This document shows, piece after piece, positions 1-11,767 of a stretch of 64,000 nt of DNA. The translations under genes and the position numbers were made by a program. The notes beneath the pieces are model-generated. The model made no database searches. It was not told the origin of the DNA and saw nothing but the letters and a program-made list of their open reading frames with translations. Numbering within the stretch: position 1 is the stretch's first letter; each line of letters begins with the position of its first letter. Source of the stretch: Candidatus Obscuribacteraceae bacterium (GTDB lineage Bacteria > Cyanobacteriota > Vampirovibrionia > Obscuribacterales > Obscuribacteraceae); contig JBGASG010000004.1 of the NCBI GenBank assembly GCA_044229845.1, positions 192,001 to 256,000 of the forward strand. The letters run 5' to 3'.

Positions 1-28
1 CGTCCAGGTTATTCGCTGCTTGACTCAT
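1..28 (-). CDS. 5' end of a gene running off the window (MSQAANNLD...), product unknown
   Basis: ATG at 28 preceded by AAAGGAAGAAC (SD-like), just downstream of the K+ channel stop. Confidence 0.35.
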
Positions 29-38
29 GTTCTTCCTT

Positions 39-2716
<2,678 letters not shown>

Positions 2717-2718
2717 CT

Positions 2719-3534
2719 ATGAGCTACAGAAGCAACCGCACTGAAGATCGCGAAGACGAAGAAAACGAGAAGGACAACGGCTCGGAATCTTCCGAATCCG
2801 GCTCTGATAAAGAACAGGAAGATGAGGACAAAGACTCAGGCGGCAAACGCCGCGTCTTCCTTTTCGGGCGGCTGGAAAACGAAGTTGCACTGCCGGTGAT
2901 CAAGCGCTTGCTGCGCTTGAATGACAAGGATCCGAAAACCCCGATCGATCTGATTATCAACTCGGCCGGCGGAAATGGTTATAACGCCGATGCGATCATT
3001 GCCACCATTCACAGCTTGAGCGCTCCGGTCAACACGATCTGCTTCGGACATGCACTCTCCGGAGCCTGCGAGATTCTCGCTTCCGGCACCGGCATGCGCA
3101 AAGCTTACGAGTTCGCTACTTTGATGTTTCACCAGACCCTCTGGGAAGCGGACGGCGACATCACCAACCTGGAGATTCAAGCCAAGCAAGGACTGAAATT
3201 CCGTGATGCGCAAATTGATCTGCTGGCCCGTTGCAGCGGCCAAGACAAGAAGATCATTCGTCAGGACATCGAACGAGACCACTACATGACCTCCAAGGAA
3301 GCGCTGGCATACGGGCTGATCGACGAGATCGTTCACCACCGTCACGTGCGCATGCCTGAGCGCAGACGGGCAGCAGCTGCTTCGGCAGCAGCAGCCGCCG
3401 CTGAGCAAGCCGCACAGGCAGCCCAAGCCGCGCCTGCAAAGGTGCGCGCCGCCGCCCGCGCCGTCAAGAAAACCACAGCCTCTCGCACCAAGAGTCAGAG
3501 CCGTCGCGGCAAGCGCGGCACCAAAGCCGGTTAA
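2719..3534 (+). CDS. Divergent ClpP-family protease subunit with acidic N-terminal and Ala/Lys/Arg-rich C-terminal extensions
   Basis: INSAGG, CFGHALSGA (Ser), LMFHQ (His), IERDHYMTSKEALAYGLIDEI (Asp) match ClpP motifs. Confidence 0.88.
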   Translation: MSYRSNRTEDREDEENEKDNGSESSESGSDKEQEDEDKDSGGKRRVFLFGRLENEVALPVIKRLLRLNDKDPKTPIDLIINSAGGNGYNADAIIATIHSLSAPVNTICFGHALSGACEILASGTGMRKAYEFATLMFHQTLWEADGDITNLEIQAKQGLKFRDAQIDLLARCSGQDKKIIRQDIERDHYMTSKEALAYGLIDEIVHHRHVRMPERRRAAAASAAAAAAEQAAQAAQAAPAKVRAAARAVKKTTASRTKSQSRRGKRGTKAG

Positions 3535-3564
3535 ACCGGATAAAAATAGAAGGATCGAGCTCAA

Positions 3565-3993
3565 ATGCCAGCAACAATCAAACTCAATTTGATCACCCCC
3601 GAACGCATCGTCTTCCAAGACATGGTGTCTCAAGTGGTGGCAATGTCCACTGAGGGCGAGCTGGCGATTTTGCCGGGACACGAACCGCTGGTGACGCCGC
3701 TGGCAATTGACGTCGTGCGTTTCACGCGCGCCAACGGAGAAGAAGACCATGCCGCGGTGATGGGCGGCGTCCTGGAAGTACGCGAGAACGACGTCACGGT
3801 GCTCAGCGATGTCGCTGAACTCGGTGATGAAATCGAAGAAGCTCGCGCCAAGGCGGCGAAAGAAAGATCGGAAGCCGAGAAGACAACCAAGACCGACAAG
3901 CTCGATGTGTACGCCAGCGAAATGGCCATCTCCCGCGCCATCACCCGCCTGAAAGCCGTCGAACTGCGCAACCGCAAACGTCGCTCGCTCTAA
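3565..3993 (+). CDS. atpC: F0F1 ATP synthase subunit epsilon
   Basis: LNLITPER, GELAILPGHEPL, GGVLEV motifs and C-terminal helical hairpin. Confidence 0.95.
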   Translation: MPATIKLNLITPERIVFQDMVSQVVAMSTEGELAILPGHEPLVTPLAIDVVRFTRANGEEDHAAVMGGVLEVRENDVTVLSDVAELGDEIEEARAKAAKERSEAEKTTKTDKLDVYASEMAISRAITRLKAVELRNRKRRSL

Positions 3994-4009
3994 GCCAAGC
4001 ATCAGCACA

Positions 4010-5221
4010 ATGCCCAATCCAGCCGAGCACGCAACGCGGTCCGCGTTCCAACTAAATGCGCGGCTGCAGAGCATGAACTGCATCCGCTGCCGGAAGGCGT
4101 TCGCGCTCACCGACAAGATCGTCGACCAGTTGCTGGGCTGCCCGCAATGCTTGTCGACCGGGTATCCGGCTGCTTTGCGCTGCCACTACGCTGACGAAGG
4201 ACAGTTTCACATCGATGAAACCGGGCAACGTCTGGCGCGCTACCGGCAGATGCTGCCGTTTCTCATTTTTCCGACATTGGGCGAAGGAGCAACCGCGCTG
4301 ATTTGCCGCGACGACCTGTCCAGCCAACTGGGCGTGCGCTCCGTCTGGCTAAAGTACGAAGGATTGAACCCGACCGGCTCGCACAAAGATCGCATGAGCC
4401 CTTTCATCGCCGCTCGCGCCGCCTCTCTCGGTTTCACAACTCTGGTGGCGGCGTCCTCCGGCAATGCCGGAGTTTCTCTTTCCGCCTATGCGGCGGCGGC
4501 CGGCCTGTCCGCTTGCATTGCCGCCACCAATGAAGTGAGCGACGCCTTCTACACAGCGATGCTGGCGACCGGCGCTACAGTCGAACGCATGGACGAGGAC
4601 GCTCGCTGGCCCTTTGTGCGCCGGATGGTCGAAGAGAAAGGCTACTACCCGGCGACGAATTATCTGGAGCCGCCCGTCTCCAGCAATCCATTTGGGGTGG
4701 ACGGATACAAGACAGTCGCCTATGAGCTTTTCGAACAGCTGCAATCGCCGGTATCCGAATCATTGCCCACTAAGATACTGATTCCCACTTGCCGCGGCGA
4801 TGTGCTGGCGGGCATTGCCTACGGCTTCGAAGAACTTTGCCGCGCCGGACTGCTGGCGCCCGCACCGCAACTGGTGGCAGTGGAGCCAGCCCGCCGCCTG
4901 GAATTGGTTCTGTCAGGCTCCGACTACCGGCAGTCATTCGCCACCGAGTCGCACGGCATGCACTCAATCGGTGGTGACACCGCCACCTTCCAATCGAAAA
5001 ATGCGCTGACAGCCTCGCAGGGCTCAGCCGTTACAGTTTCCAATGCGAACGCGCTGAAGGCGCAACGCGACCTGGCGGCCGGCGGCATGCACGTCGAACT
5101 GTCATCCGCTGCCGCCCTCGCCGGCGCCCGGGACATGCAGGCGCGCGGCCAATTATCACCGGACGATGTTCTCGTCTTGCTGATCACCGCCAGCGGTGCC
5201 AGAGAAGAACACGTCCCGTAA
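4010..5221 (+). CDS. Threonine synthase-like PLP-dependent enzyme (fold type II) with N-terminal CxxC...CxxC
   Basis: TLGEGAT, NPTGSHKDR (PLP lysine), ASSGNAG, GYKTVAYE. Confidence 0.85.
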   Translation: MPNPAEHATRSAFQLNARLQSMNCIRCRKAFALTDKIVDQLLGCPQCLSTGYPAALRCHYADEGQFHIDETGQRLARYRQMLPFLIFPTLGEGATALICRDDLSSQLGVRSVWLKYEGLNPTGSHKDRMSPFIAARAASLGFTTLVAASSGNAGVSLSAYAAAAGLSACIAATNEVSDAFYTAMLATGATVERMDEDARWPFVRRMVEEKGYYPATNYLEPPVSSNPFGVDGYKTVAYELFEQLQSPVSESLPTKILIPTCRGDVLAGIAYGFEELCRAGLLAPAPQLVAVEPARRLELVLSGSDYRQSFATESHGMHSIGGDTATFQSKNALTASQGSAVTVSNANALKAQRDLAAGGMHVELSSAAALAGARDMQARGQLSPDDVLVLLITASGAREEHVP

Positions 5222-5536
5222 CTACTCAATACTTCAACTGGTAATTCAAGGTAGGCAATTCCTTGTCTTCAACCCACACCTTGACCCAATACTTGCCGTT
5301 TTCAAATCCATCCAGGTGCCAGCATGCATAAATCTCGCCATCGTGGCACCGCTCACTGCAGAGCGGCGCTTTGACAATGGGGATTCCGACTCGAAAGTAT
5401 ATCGGTCGGAGGCATAATCATTTGCACTTCCTTCTGATTTAATCTGTGACAGCTTGCCTACAGTGCCAGGTAGACGCGGATTTCAGCCGTAGTTTCCTCA
5501 TTGACCATGGGTCCATTTTGCAACGAGAATGGAACT

Positions 5537-5719
5537 ATGAAATTGTTCAGGGGCTACTACTTCCTGCTTTATCCTCTAGTAGGCGCCGCGCTGGGGTGCT
5601 ACCTCGGCTATCAGATGGAAGACCTTCAAACTGGTTGTATAGACGGTTTCATACTCGGTTCTTTGGCTGCAATTTGGTACTGGATAAGGCGAGCCGGCAG
5701 ATATGGACTTTGGCTCTGA
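5537..5719 (+). CDS. Small hypothetical membrane protein (two hydrophobic helices)
   Basis: 60-aa ORF with LLYPLVGAALGCYLG and GFILGSLAAIWYW segments. Confidence 0.5.
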   Translation: MKLFRGYYFLLYPLVGAALGCYLGYQMEDLQTGCIDGFILGSLAAIWYWIRRAGRYGLWL

Positions 5720-5780
5720 GAATTTTCCTTGCGACAACATGACCGAAAATATGCGTACTCGGCTGCAGTGAGATCGTAGA

Positions 5781-6209
5781 TTGTTGTACTACACACTAGG
5801 GGTTCAATGCGTCGGCAGTTTTGATACTGTTGAAGACGACGACACAGGCGCGATCATAGGAAAGGAATTGGTTCTGGAACATTGGCCTGAGGACGACATT
5901 CTATGCGGCATTAGCGGCGGGAATTTTGTGACTCGTTCCTTGGCGAACGCTTTGCAAACCTCTGGGTTGACCGGTTTTGCGATCAGGTCTGTGAAAGTCG
6001 TCGACGGCGATCAATTCTTTGTTTGTCGAAAGAGTCGGCGAGGACAGAGGCGTCCGCAGATATTTGAGATTCAGATAACAGGCACTGCTGGCAAAGACGA
6101 TTTCGGCCGAGACAAGCATTTAGTCGTATCTGAAAAGGCCATGGAACTATTGAAGAAATTCACACTGAAGTACCGCACCCTCAACAAATATCGAGGAGCC
6201 GATGAGTAG
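5781..6209 (+). CDS. Hypothetical protein resembling putative polymorphic-toxin immunity proteins
   Basis: WxxDDIL...FVTxxLAxALxxSGLTGF...ITGxAGxDDFG...LVVSEKA pattern recalled from small genes next to Rhs toxins. Confidence 0.55.
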   Translation: MLYYTLGVQCVGSFDTVEDDDTGAIIGKELVLEHWPEDDILCGISGGNFVTRSLANALQTSGLTGFAIRSVKVVDGDQFFVCRKSRRGQRRPQIFEIQITGTAGKDDFGRDKHLVVSEKAMELLKKFTLKYRTLNKYRGADE

Positions 6210-6673
6210 ACGAAATCCGCGTGCGCACTCTTCCGAAAATGTGCGCTAACAGCAGTGTCGCGGATGGCATGACGTATGCGGCAGCGGCGAGGCAACTGGG
6301 AATCACGCCAGCAAAACTGCGCAGCTGGGTCCACAAATGGAAGCGCGAGTCGCAGCTAGCGCAGGAAAACCACAAAGATTCCTTTCTGCAGGAGCGGGTC
6401 GGACATGTTTTCGACCAGTCCGGCGAGCTTCTTCATCTCGGACACATCAACGCTGTGGAACGGGCTGTAGAGAGTTTCTTGAAAGGCATCCGCAGCTGCA
6501 GCCGAGATTTCTTCATCGCGCAAGATTATGGAGAAACGGGCTTGATGGGCAGTCTCAGGATGAAACTCGAGAATGCGCCGCCCGGCAAAGCGCGATTCAC
6601 CCGCGGCGATCCAGCCGGGGGAAAACTGAATAGAACGGATCACACCGCAATCAGATATGGTGGCACCGGCTGA
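6202..6673 (+). pseudogene. HTH-containing ORF, possibly a degenerate IS3-type OrfA-like N-terminus
   Basis: MTYAAAARQLGITPAKLRSWV is HTH_Tnp_1-like; upstream MSRRNPRAHS from ATG 6202 is in another frame; no DDE domain. Confidence 0.3.
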
Positions 6674-6678
6674 TGGCA

Positions 6679-7470
6679 CTAAAATGCCTGATCGGTAGGA
6701 CGGATGAGGATTTCGTTGACACTCACCGAACGCGGTTGGGTGACTGCATAGACGATCGAATTAGCAATGTCCTCGGCCGTCAGTGGTGTCATCTTCGCCA
6801 CCCACTCCTTGACGGTCGATTTGGTTTTGTCGTCGGCGATGTGATCGGTGAGTTCGGTTGCCACCGCCCCTGGTTCAATCAAAGTGATGCGGATGCCCTT
6901 CGTCTGCACTTCCTGACGCAATCCTTCAGCGAAAGCGTTGACGGCAAATTTGGTGGCACTGTAAACCGCGCTGCGGGCCGACACCAGACGTCCGGAAACC
7001 GACGAGATGTTGATGACGTCGCCTGCACCCTGCTTGAGCATGGTCGGCAACACTGCGTGCGTGCAGTACATCAGCCCGAGCACGTTGATATCGATCATCT
7101 TCTTCCAGTCGTCGGGATTGGCGCCTTCCACCGGTCCGACATACATGACGCCGGCGTTGTTGATCAACACATCGATGCGTCCCAGTTTGTCGGCGGTTTC
7201 TTTGACGGCATGCGCCACTTGCTTCGGATCTGAAACGTCGGTAACGAAGTGGAGCGGTCGCTTCAATCCTTCCTTCTCGATGCTCTCGGCCAGCGCCGTC
7301 ATGCGATCTTCGCGCCGAGCGATCAAGACCACCTGGGCACCGGCGCGAGCCAGCGCTGCAGCCGTCGCTTCGCCGATGCCGGACGAGGCACCAGTGACGA
7401 TGGCAACCTTGTCCTTGAGTTTCAGTTCCGTGTTAGCTGAAGAAGCAGGTGCCGTCGAGGTTTTAGACAT
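6679..7470 (-). CDS. SDR family NAD(P)-dependent oxidoreductase
   Basis: TGASSGIG, NNAG, YSATK motifs. Confidence 0.95.
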   Translation of the reverse strand: MSKTSTAPASSANTELKLKDKVAIVTGASSGIGEATAAALARAGAQVVLIARREDRMTALAESIEKEGLKRPLHFVTDVSDPKQVAHAVKETADKLGRIDVLINNAGVMYVGPVEGANPDDWKKMIDINVLGLMYCTHAVLPTMLKQGAGDVINISSVSGRLVSARSAVYSATKFAVNAFAEGLRQEVQTKGIRITLIEPGAVATELTDHIADDKTKSTVKEWVAKMTPLTAEDIANSIVYAVTQPRSVSVNEILIRPTDQAF

Positions 7471-7471
7471 T

Positions 7472-9784
7472 TTAGGGTTTCTCTTTTTCTTGGCGGGCGG
7501 TCAGGGTCTTGGTGGCGTTGGAGGCAACGAAAACGTTCTCGTCTTCCACCAGGGTCTTGAGCAGATACTCGGGAATATGAGGATTGGCCGACAGCCCCAG
7601 ACGCACATCTTCGCTGGGATCTTGAGCCAGCATTTCCAGAACCGAGGGTGGTGCATTCGGGTTTTCGCTGACACTCAAACGTACTTCCGTGCTGGCATCG
7701 CGAGCCAGTTTCAATAATAGTTCAGACGGGGCTTGCGAGTTTTCAGCGACGCGGCAACGGACGCGCTCGTTGGTGTCGTCTGCCAACTTGGCGAGAGCCA
7801 TCGGGGATGTGTGCGGATTGCTGGCGAGAATCAGACGCACGTGCGTTTCTTCATCGGTGCGATCGGACGCTTCAGGCGTTTCGTGCGTATGGACTTCGTA
7901 AATCGACTTGATGAGAGCAGATAATTTTTGCGACGTCACCGGCTTGGCAACGTAATAGTTCATCTTCAGCTTCAAGGCTTCCATGACGTCTTCGTCACGC
8001 TCGGAGACTGTCAGCAAGATGACCGGTATCTGGCGCAGTTCGGTGTCTGCCTTAATCTCTTCGAGCACCTCGTGCCCGTTTTTGCGCGGCATATTGAGGT
8101 CGAGCAGTATCACGTCCGGCATCTGCGTCGTCGCCGAGGCTTTCAAGCGATGCAAATAGTCCATCGCTTCGACGCCGTCATTGACCACTGCCAGGTCATA
8201 CTTGAAGTCGCATCTTTTCAAGGCTTCTTGAGTTAGTCGGACATCCGAGGGGGTGTCTTCGACCAGAAGTATCTCGATGCCTTCCTGCATGTTCGCTCTC
8301 CTTACTTTCCTCACTGCGGGCAGAGTGAAGAAGAATATTGACCCCTGTCCAACTTCTGACTCAACCCAGATTTTGCCGCCATGGGACTCGACTATCTTCT
8401 TACAAATGGCCAGTCCCATTCCAGTACCTGAGTATTGTCCCTTACCGTGCAGGCGAGAGAACATGTCAAACACCTTTTCTGCATATATTGGTGCAATCCC
8501 AATACAGTTGTCACGCACCGAGAACATGCACTGCTGGCGGTCGGTTTCGGCGCGAATATGAATCACGGGCGGTTCTTCGCCTCGATATTTAATGGCGTTG
8601 CTGATTAAGTTCTGGAAAAGCTGGACCATCTGGGTGTACTCGACATCGACATCGGGCAGCCGGTCGACTTCCAGGCGCGCTCCGGTTTCTTTGATAGAGG
8701 CATTCATGGCTGTCAGGACTTCTTCAATAACCTGGTTGCAATTAGTGACGAACTTCTCGCCTGAGTCATGTTCTGGAATGTGCGAGTGAACCAGAACCGA
8801 GCTGATCAGATTTTGCATGCGCCGGGTGCCGTCCAGAATGTACTCGAAAAATTCCTCAGAATCAGGGTCCAGCTTTCCCTTCAGATTGTCGGCCAGCAGA
8901 TGCACGAAGCCCTGAACCGTCTTCAACGGCTCCTGCAAATCATGTGAGGCAATCTTGGCGAATTGGCGCAATTCTTCGTTGCTCTGCTGCAGCTTCTCGG
9001 TGCGTTCTTGCACCAGGCGCTCCAGTTCTTCCGCCGAACGGCGGCGTTCGCTGATATCGCGCGCGAATGCGCAGTAGGTGTAGTCGAGGTCTTCCTTAAT
9101 GCGGAAGATGCCCATCTCGATTGGAAACTCGTGACCATCTTTGCGCACCGCGAAGACTTCGCGAGAGGTCCTGAGAATGCGCCCCTCGTTGGTCCCGAAG
9201 TACTGGGCGATGCCGCGCAAATACTGCCGGCGCAGGTGTACCGGCAAAATAATCGTCAGGCTCTGTCCCAGCACCTCATCACTGCGCCAGCCGAAAGTCT
9301 GCTCGGCCTGCGTATTCCAGTCGGTGATCCGCCATTCGGTATCCATGGAGACGAACGCATCATATGAGTTTTCGACGATGGCGCGCATGCGGTCTTGCTC
9401 TTTGCGCAGCGCCAGTTCAACCCGGTGGCGTTCCACCGCATACTGCAAACAACGCAGCACGGAAGCATCACCGGCGATACCTTTAATGACGTAATCCTGG
9501 GCACCGTTGCGGACCGCTTCCAGCGCCTGCCGATGGTTATCTTCCGATGTGAACACGACGATCGGGATGCCGGTTTCCATCTGCCGGACGCGATAGAACG
9601 TCTCGATGCCCATACTGTCGGGCAGCGACAGGTCCAGCAAGATGACGTCGATACCCGGTTCTTTCAAGCGCTCGATAGCCTTGGCGAGCGTATCCACGCA
9701 ATCTACGTCATTGCCGCGGCGCTCAAGGCTTATGCGGATCGACATCGATTGTGTCGGACTGTCTTCGACTACCAGAATGCGCAT
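7472..9784 (-). CDS. Hybrid sensor histidine kinase: REC-PAS-HisKA-HATPase-REC-LRV/HEAT repeats
   Basis: ILVVEDS/LLDLSLPD receiver, WNTQAEQTFGW PAS, ASHDLQEPL H-box, NLISNAIKY and GTGMGL boxes, second receiver LLDLNMP, C-terminal LAxD..VR..V.ENP repeats. Confidence 0.92.
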   Translation of the reverse strand: MRILVVEDSPTQSMSIRISLERRGNDVDCVDTLAKAIERLKEPGIDVILLDLSLPDSMGIETFYRVRQMETGIPIVVFTSEDNHRQALEAVRNGAQDYVIKGIAGDASVLRCLQYAVERHRVELALRKEQDRMRAIVENSYDAFVSMDTEWRITDWNTQAEQTFGWRSDEVLGQSLTIILPVHLRRQYLRGIAQYFGTNEGRILRTSREVFAVRKDGHEFPIEMGIFRIKEDLDYTYCAFARDISERRRSAEELERLVQERTEKLQQSNEELRQFAKIASHDLQEPLKTVQGFVHLLADNLKGKLDPDSEEFFEYILDGTRRMQNLISSVLVHSHIPEHDSGEKFVTNCNQVIEEVLTAMNASIKETGARLEVDRLPDVDVEYTQMVQLFQNLISNAIKYRGEEPPVIHIRAETDRQQCMFSVRDNCIGIAPIYAEKVFDMFSRLHGKGQYSGTGMGLAICKKIVESHGGKIWVESEVGQGSIFFFTLPAVRKVRRANMQEGIEILLVEDTPSDVRLTQEALKRCDFKYDLAVVNDGVEAMDYLHRLKASATTQMPDVILLDLNMPRKNGHEVLEEIKADTELRQIPVILLTVSERDEDVMEALKLKMNYYVAKPVTSQKLSALIKSIYEVHTHETPEASDRTDEETHVRLILASNPHTSPMALAKLADDTNERVRCRVAENSQAPSELLLKLARDASTEVRLSVSENPNAPPSVLEMLAQDPSEDVRLGLSANPHIPEYLLKTLVEDENVFVASNATKTLTARQEKEKP

Positions 9785-9877
9785 GCCCAATGGATTTTCC
9801 TCTGGAGACCGGAAAACCAGATAGATTGTACCACCGGACAGCAACTCAGCAGGAAACACCAGCAACGCCCGAAAGGC

Positions 9878-10807
9878 TCACCGGCGCTTGCTTGGCACCA
9901 AAAGCAAAGCGGACTTGACCAGGGTTTCGGGCGTTTTGCCGCATAGGACCCGTCCAGTGGGTGGCGGCTGACCGGCGTCGCAGTGTCCCGGCTCGCAGAG
10001 CTTTGCGTAAAGAGTGGACGAGGCGCCGCCGTCGAAGTTGATTGCGGCAGTGCAGCCCAGTTCTTTCATGAAGACTGCCAGTTGGTCTAATGTCACACCA
10101 CTAGACTCAGGGTCTTGCCCCTTGCCCGCCACCGTCACCATGAACGCTCGTCCATCGGAGGTGGTACCAAGTGCGGTGCGGGCTGCCGGGCGCAGCACGC
10201 CAATCGAATCGGCTTCTTTGCCGTCTGGCTCGGTGCGCAGAAACGCTTCCTGCCTCGCCGTCACCTCCGGCACCAATCGCGGACCGGCCTGGATGGACTG
10301 CATAAGGGTTAGTGCTTCCGGCACCGGCGCATTATGCGCAGCGATGGCAATCGTTTTGTTGCCCTTCTTGTCCTGATAAAATCGCACCTCTGTGCGGTCA
10401 AAAATCTTCTCCAGGTGCGGCTTCAATCTGGGATTTTCGACCAGCGCTCGATTGAGGTGCGGATCTGCAACCTGCTTGCCGTCCACAGTAATGTAGCTGG
10501 CGCTGACGCCGTCGGTCATATTGAAATAACCGGCATTGATACCGGCGCTGGCACCATTTTTCTCGGACAGCCGCGACGTGGGTTCAGTCTTCTCGCCGAC
10601 TGCCACTTTGAATTGCCACTGGCTGTTTTTGTCTATTTCGATGACGTAGGCTTTGCTGCCGTTGGTCATTTCGCGAGTATAAAACTTGGCGCCGTCGCGC
10701 GGATAAAGCGAAATTTTGCCGGAAGACGTAGCTGACCCCAGTTGCGCGGAGAGCAGCGCAACCGCTGCAGCCACGACAGATAAACCGACGATGTGAAACT
10801 TTTGCAT
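9878..10807 (-). CDS. Secreted phosphodiester glycosidase (NAGPA-like) family protein
   Basis: Signal peptide from MQKFH, INAGYF, AGPRL, ARTALG, AINFDGGAS motifs. Confidence 0.85.
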   Translation of the reverse strand: MQKFHIVGLSVVAAAVALLSAQLGSATSSGKISLYPRDGAKFYTREMTNGSKAYVIEIDKNSQWQFKVAVGEKTEPTSRLSEKNGASAGINAGYFNMTDGVSASYITVDGKQVADPHLNRALVENPRLKPHLEKIFDRTEVRFYQDKKGNKTIAIAAHNAPVPEALTLMQSIQAGPRLVPEVTARQEAFLRTEPDGKEADSIGVLRPAARTALGTTSDGRAFMVTVAGKGQDPESSGVTLDQLAVFMKELGCTAAINFDGGASSTLYAKLCEPGHCDAGQPPPTGRVLCGKTPETLVKSALLLVPSKRR

Positions 10808-11027
10808 AAAGCCTCGCAATACCGGCACTATAGCAGATCGCTCACCACCACCGCCGGTATCATCGCGATGTTTACAACTATAGATTAAACCGACTGCGCT
10901 CAGTGATTGCGTGGTAGAACGGATCAGCGGGGTTCTCTCAAACCGAGAGGTTATGTTCATGACACAACAAGTTGCCTGGCCAGTCACAGTAGATATGGGA
11001 CTGATTCGCAAACGCGTGCATGCAATT

Positions 11028-11546
11028 ATGTCCAAACTGAGCACTGAATTTCCGGAGACGGAGCGATATCTAAACAGTGTCTGCTATCGAGATGAAGTCC
11101 CATCCGAAGAAGTGCAGGATCGCATTCGCGCCCGCGTATTCGAACTGGTGGAATCGGACGGGCATCTCGAAGAATTTCCCGATTTCCAAAATCGAACCAG
11201 CGCCGGCATTCTCACGCAGTATTTGCTCGATGAGATATTCGGCTTTGGTCCGCTGGGACCGGTTCTGCGTGACCCGACCGTATGCGACATTCTGGTTGAT
11301 GGACCCGACTCGGTTTATGTTTTGCGCGATGGCGGCTATGAGAAGGCAGCGGTATTCTTTGAAAACACCGAGCACCTGCTTTTGACGATGTCGAAAATAC
11401 TCAGGCCGCTGGGGTGTGAGCTGACGGAAGAAACACCGACCGTGCAGACGCTGTTGCCGAATGGCTCCTGGGTAGTAGCGGCACTGCCGCCAAAGTCCAC
11501 GCCTCAGCACAACCCCACTTTCTTCATTCGCGCCGCGCGCAAGTAA
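11028..11546 (+). CDS. CpaF/TadA-like N-terminal domain only, no ATPase domain
   Basis: DEIFGFGPLGPVLRDPTVCDILVDGPDSVYV and LPNGSWVVAALPP; stop before any Walker A; start uncertain. Confidence 0.75.
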   Translation: MSKLSTEFPETERYLNSVCYRDEVPSEEVQDRIRARVFELVESDGHLEEFPDFQNRTSAGILTQYLLDEIFGFGPLGPVLRDPTVCDILVDGPDSVYVLRDGGYEKAAVFFENTEHLLLTMSKILRPLGCELTEETPTVQTLLPNGSWVVAALPPKSTPQHNPTFFIRAARK

Positions 11547-11767
11547 CCAGCACCCGTTCGCCAGGCACCGAATATGGTGCGCAGCGGATCAGTCGCGTAG
11601 CGAGCCCGGCTTCTACAAGAAACCACTGTAGATTAAATCGAGCACTCCGCTCCACATTGCGAGGCGGGTGAGTGGGAATTACCGTATTCCCTCTCACGAA
11701 GGGCGGTCTTAGTATGAAGGCTGCTCCCCGCACCCGCAGCTCCTTTGGCAGGAGAGGATCTCTATTG

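Noticed and set aside
6202..6673. Intact IS3-family element
   Set aside because: No DDE transposase, terminal inverted repeats or target duplication visible
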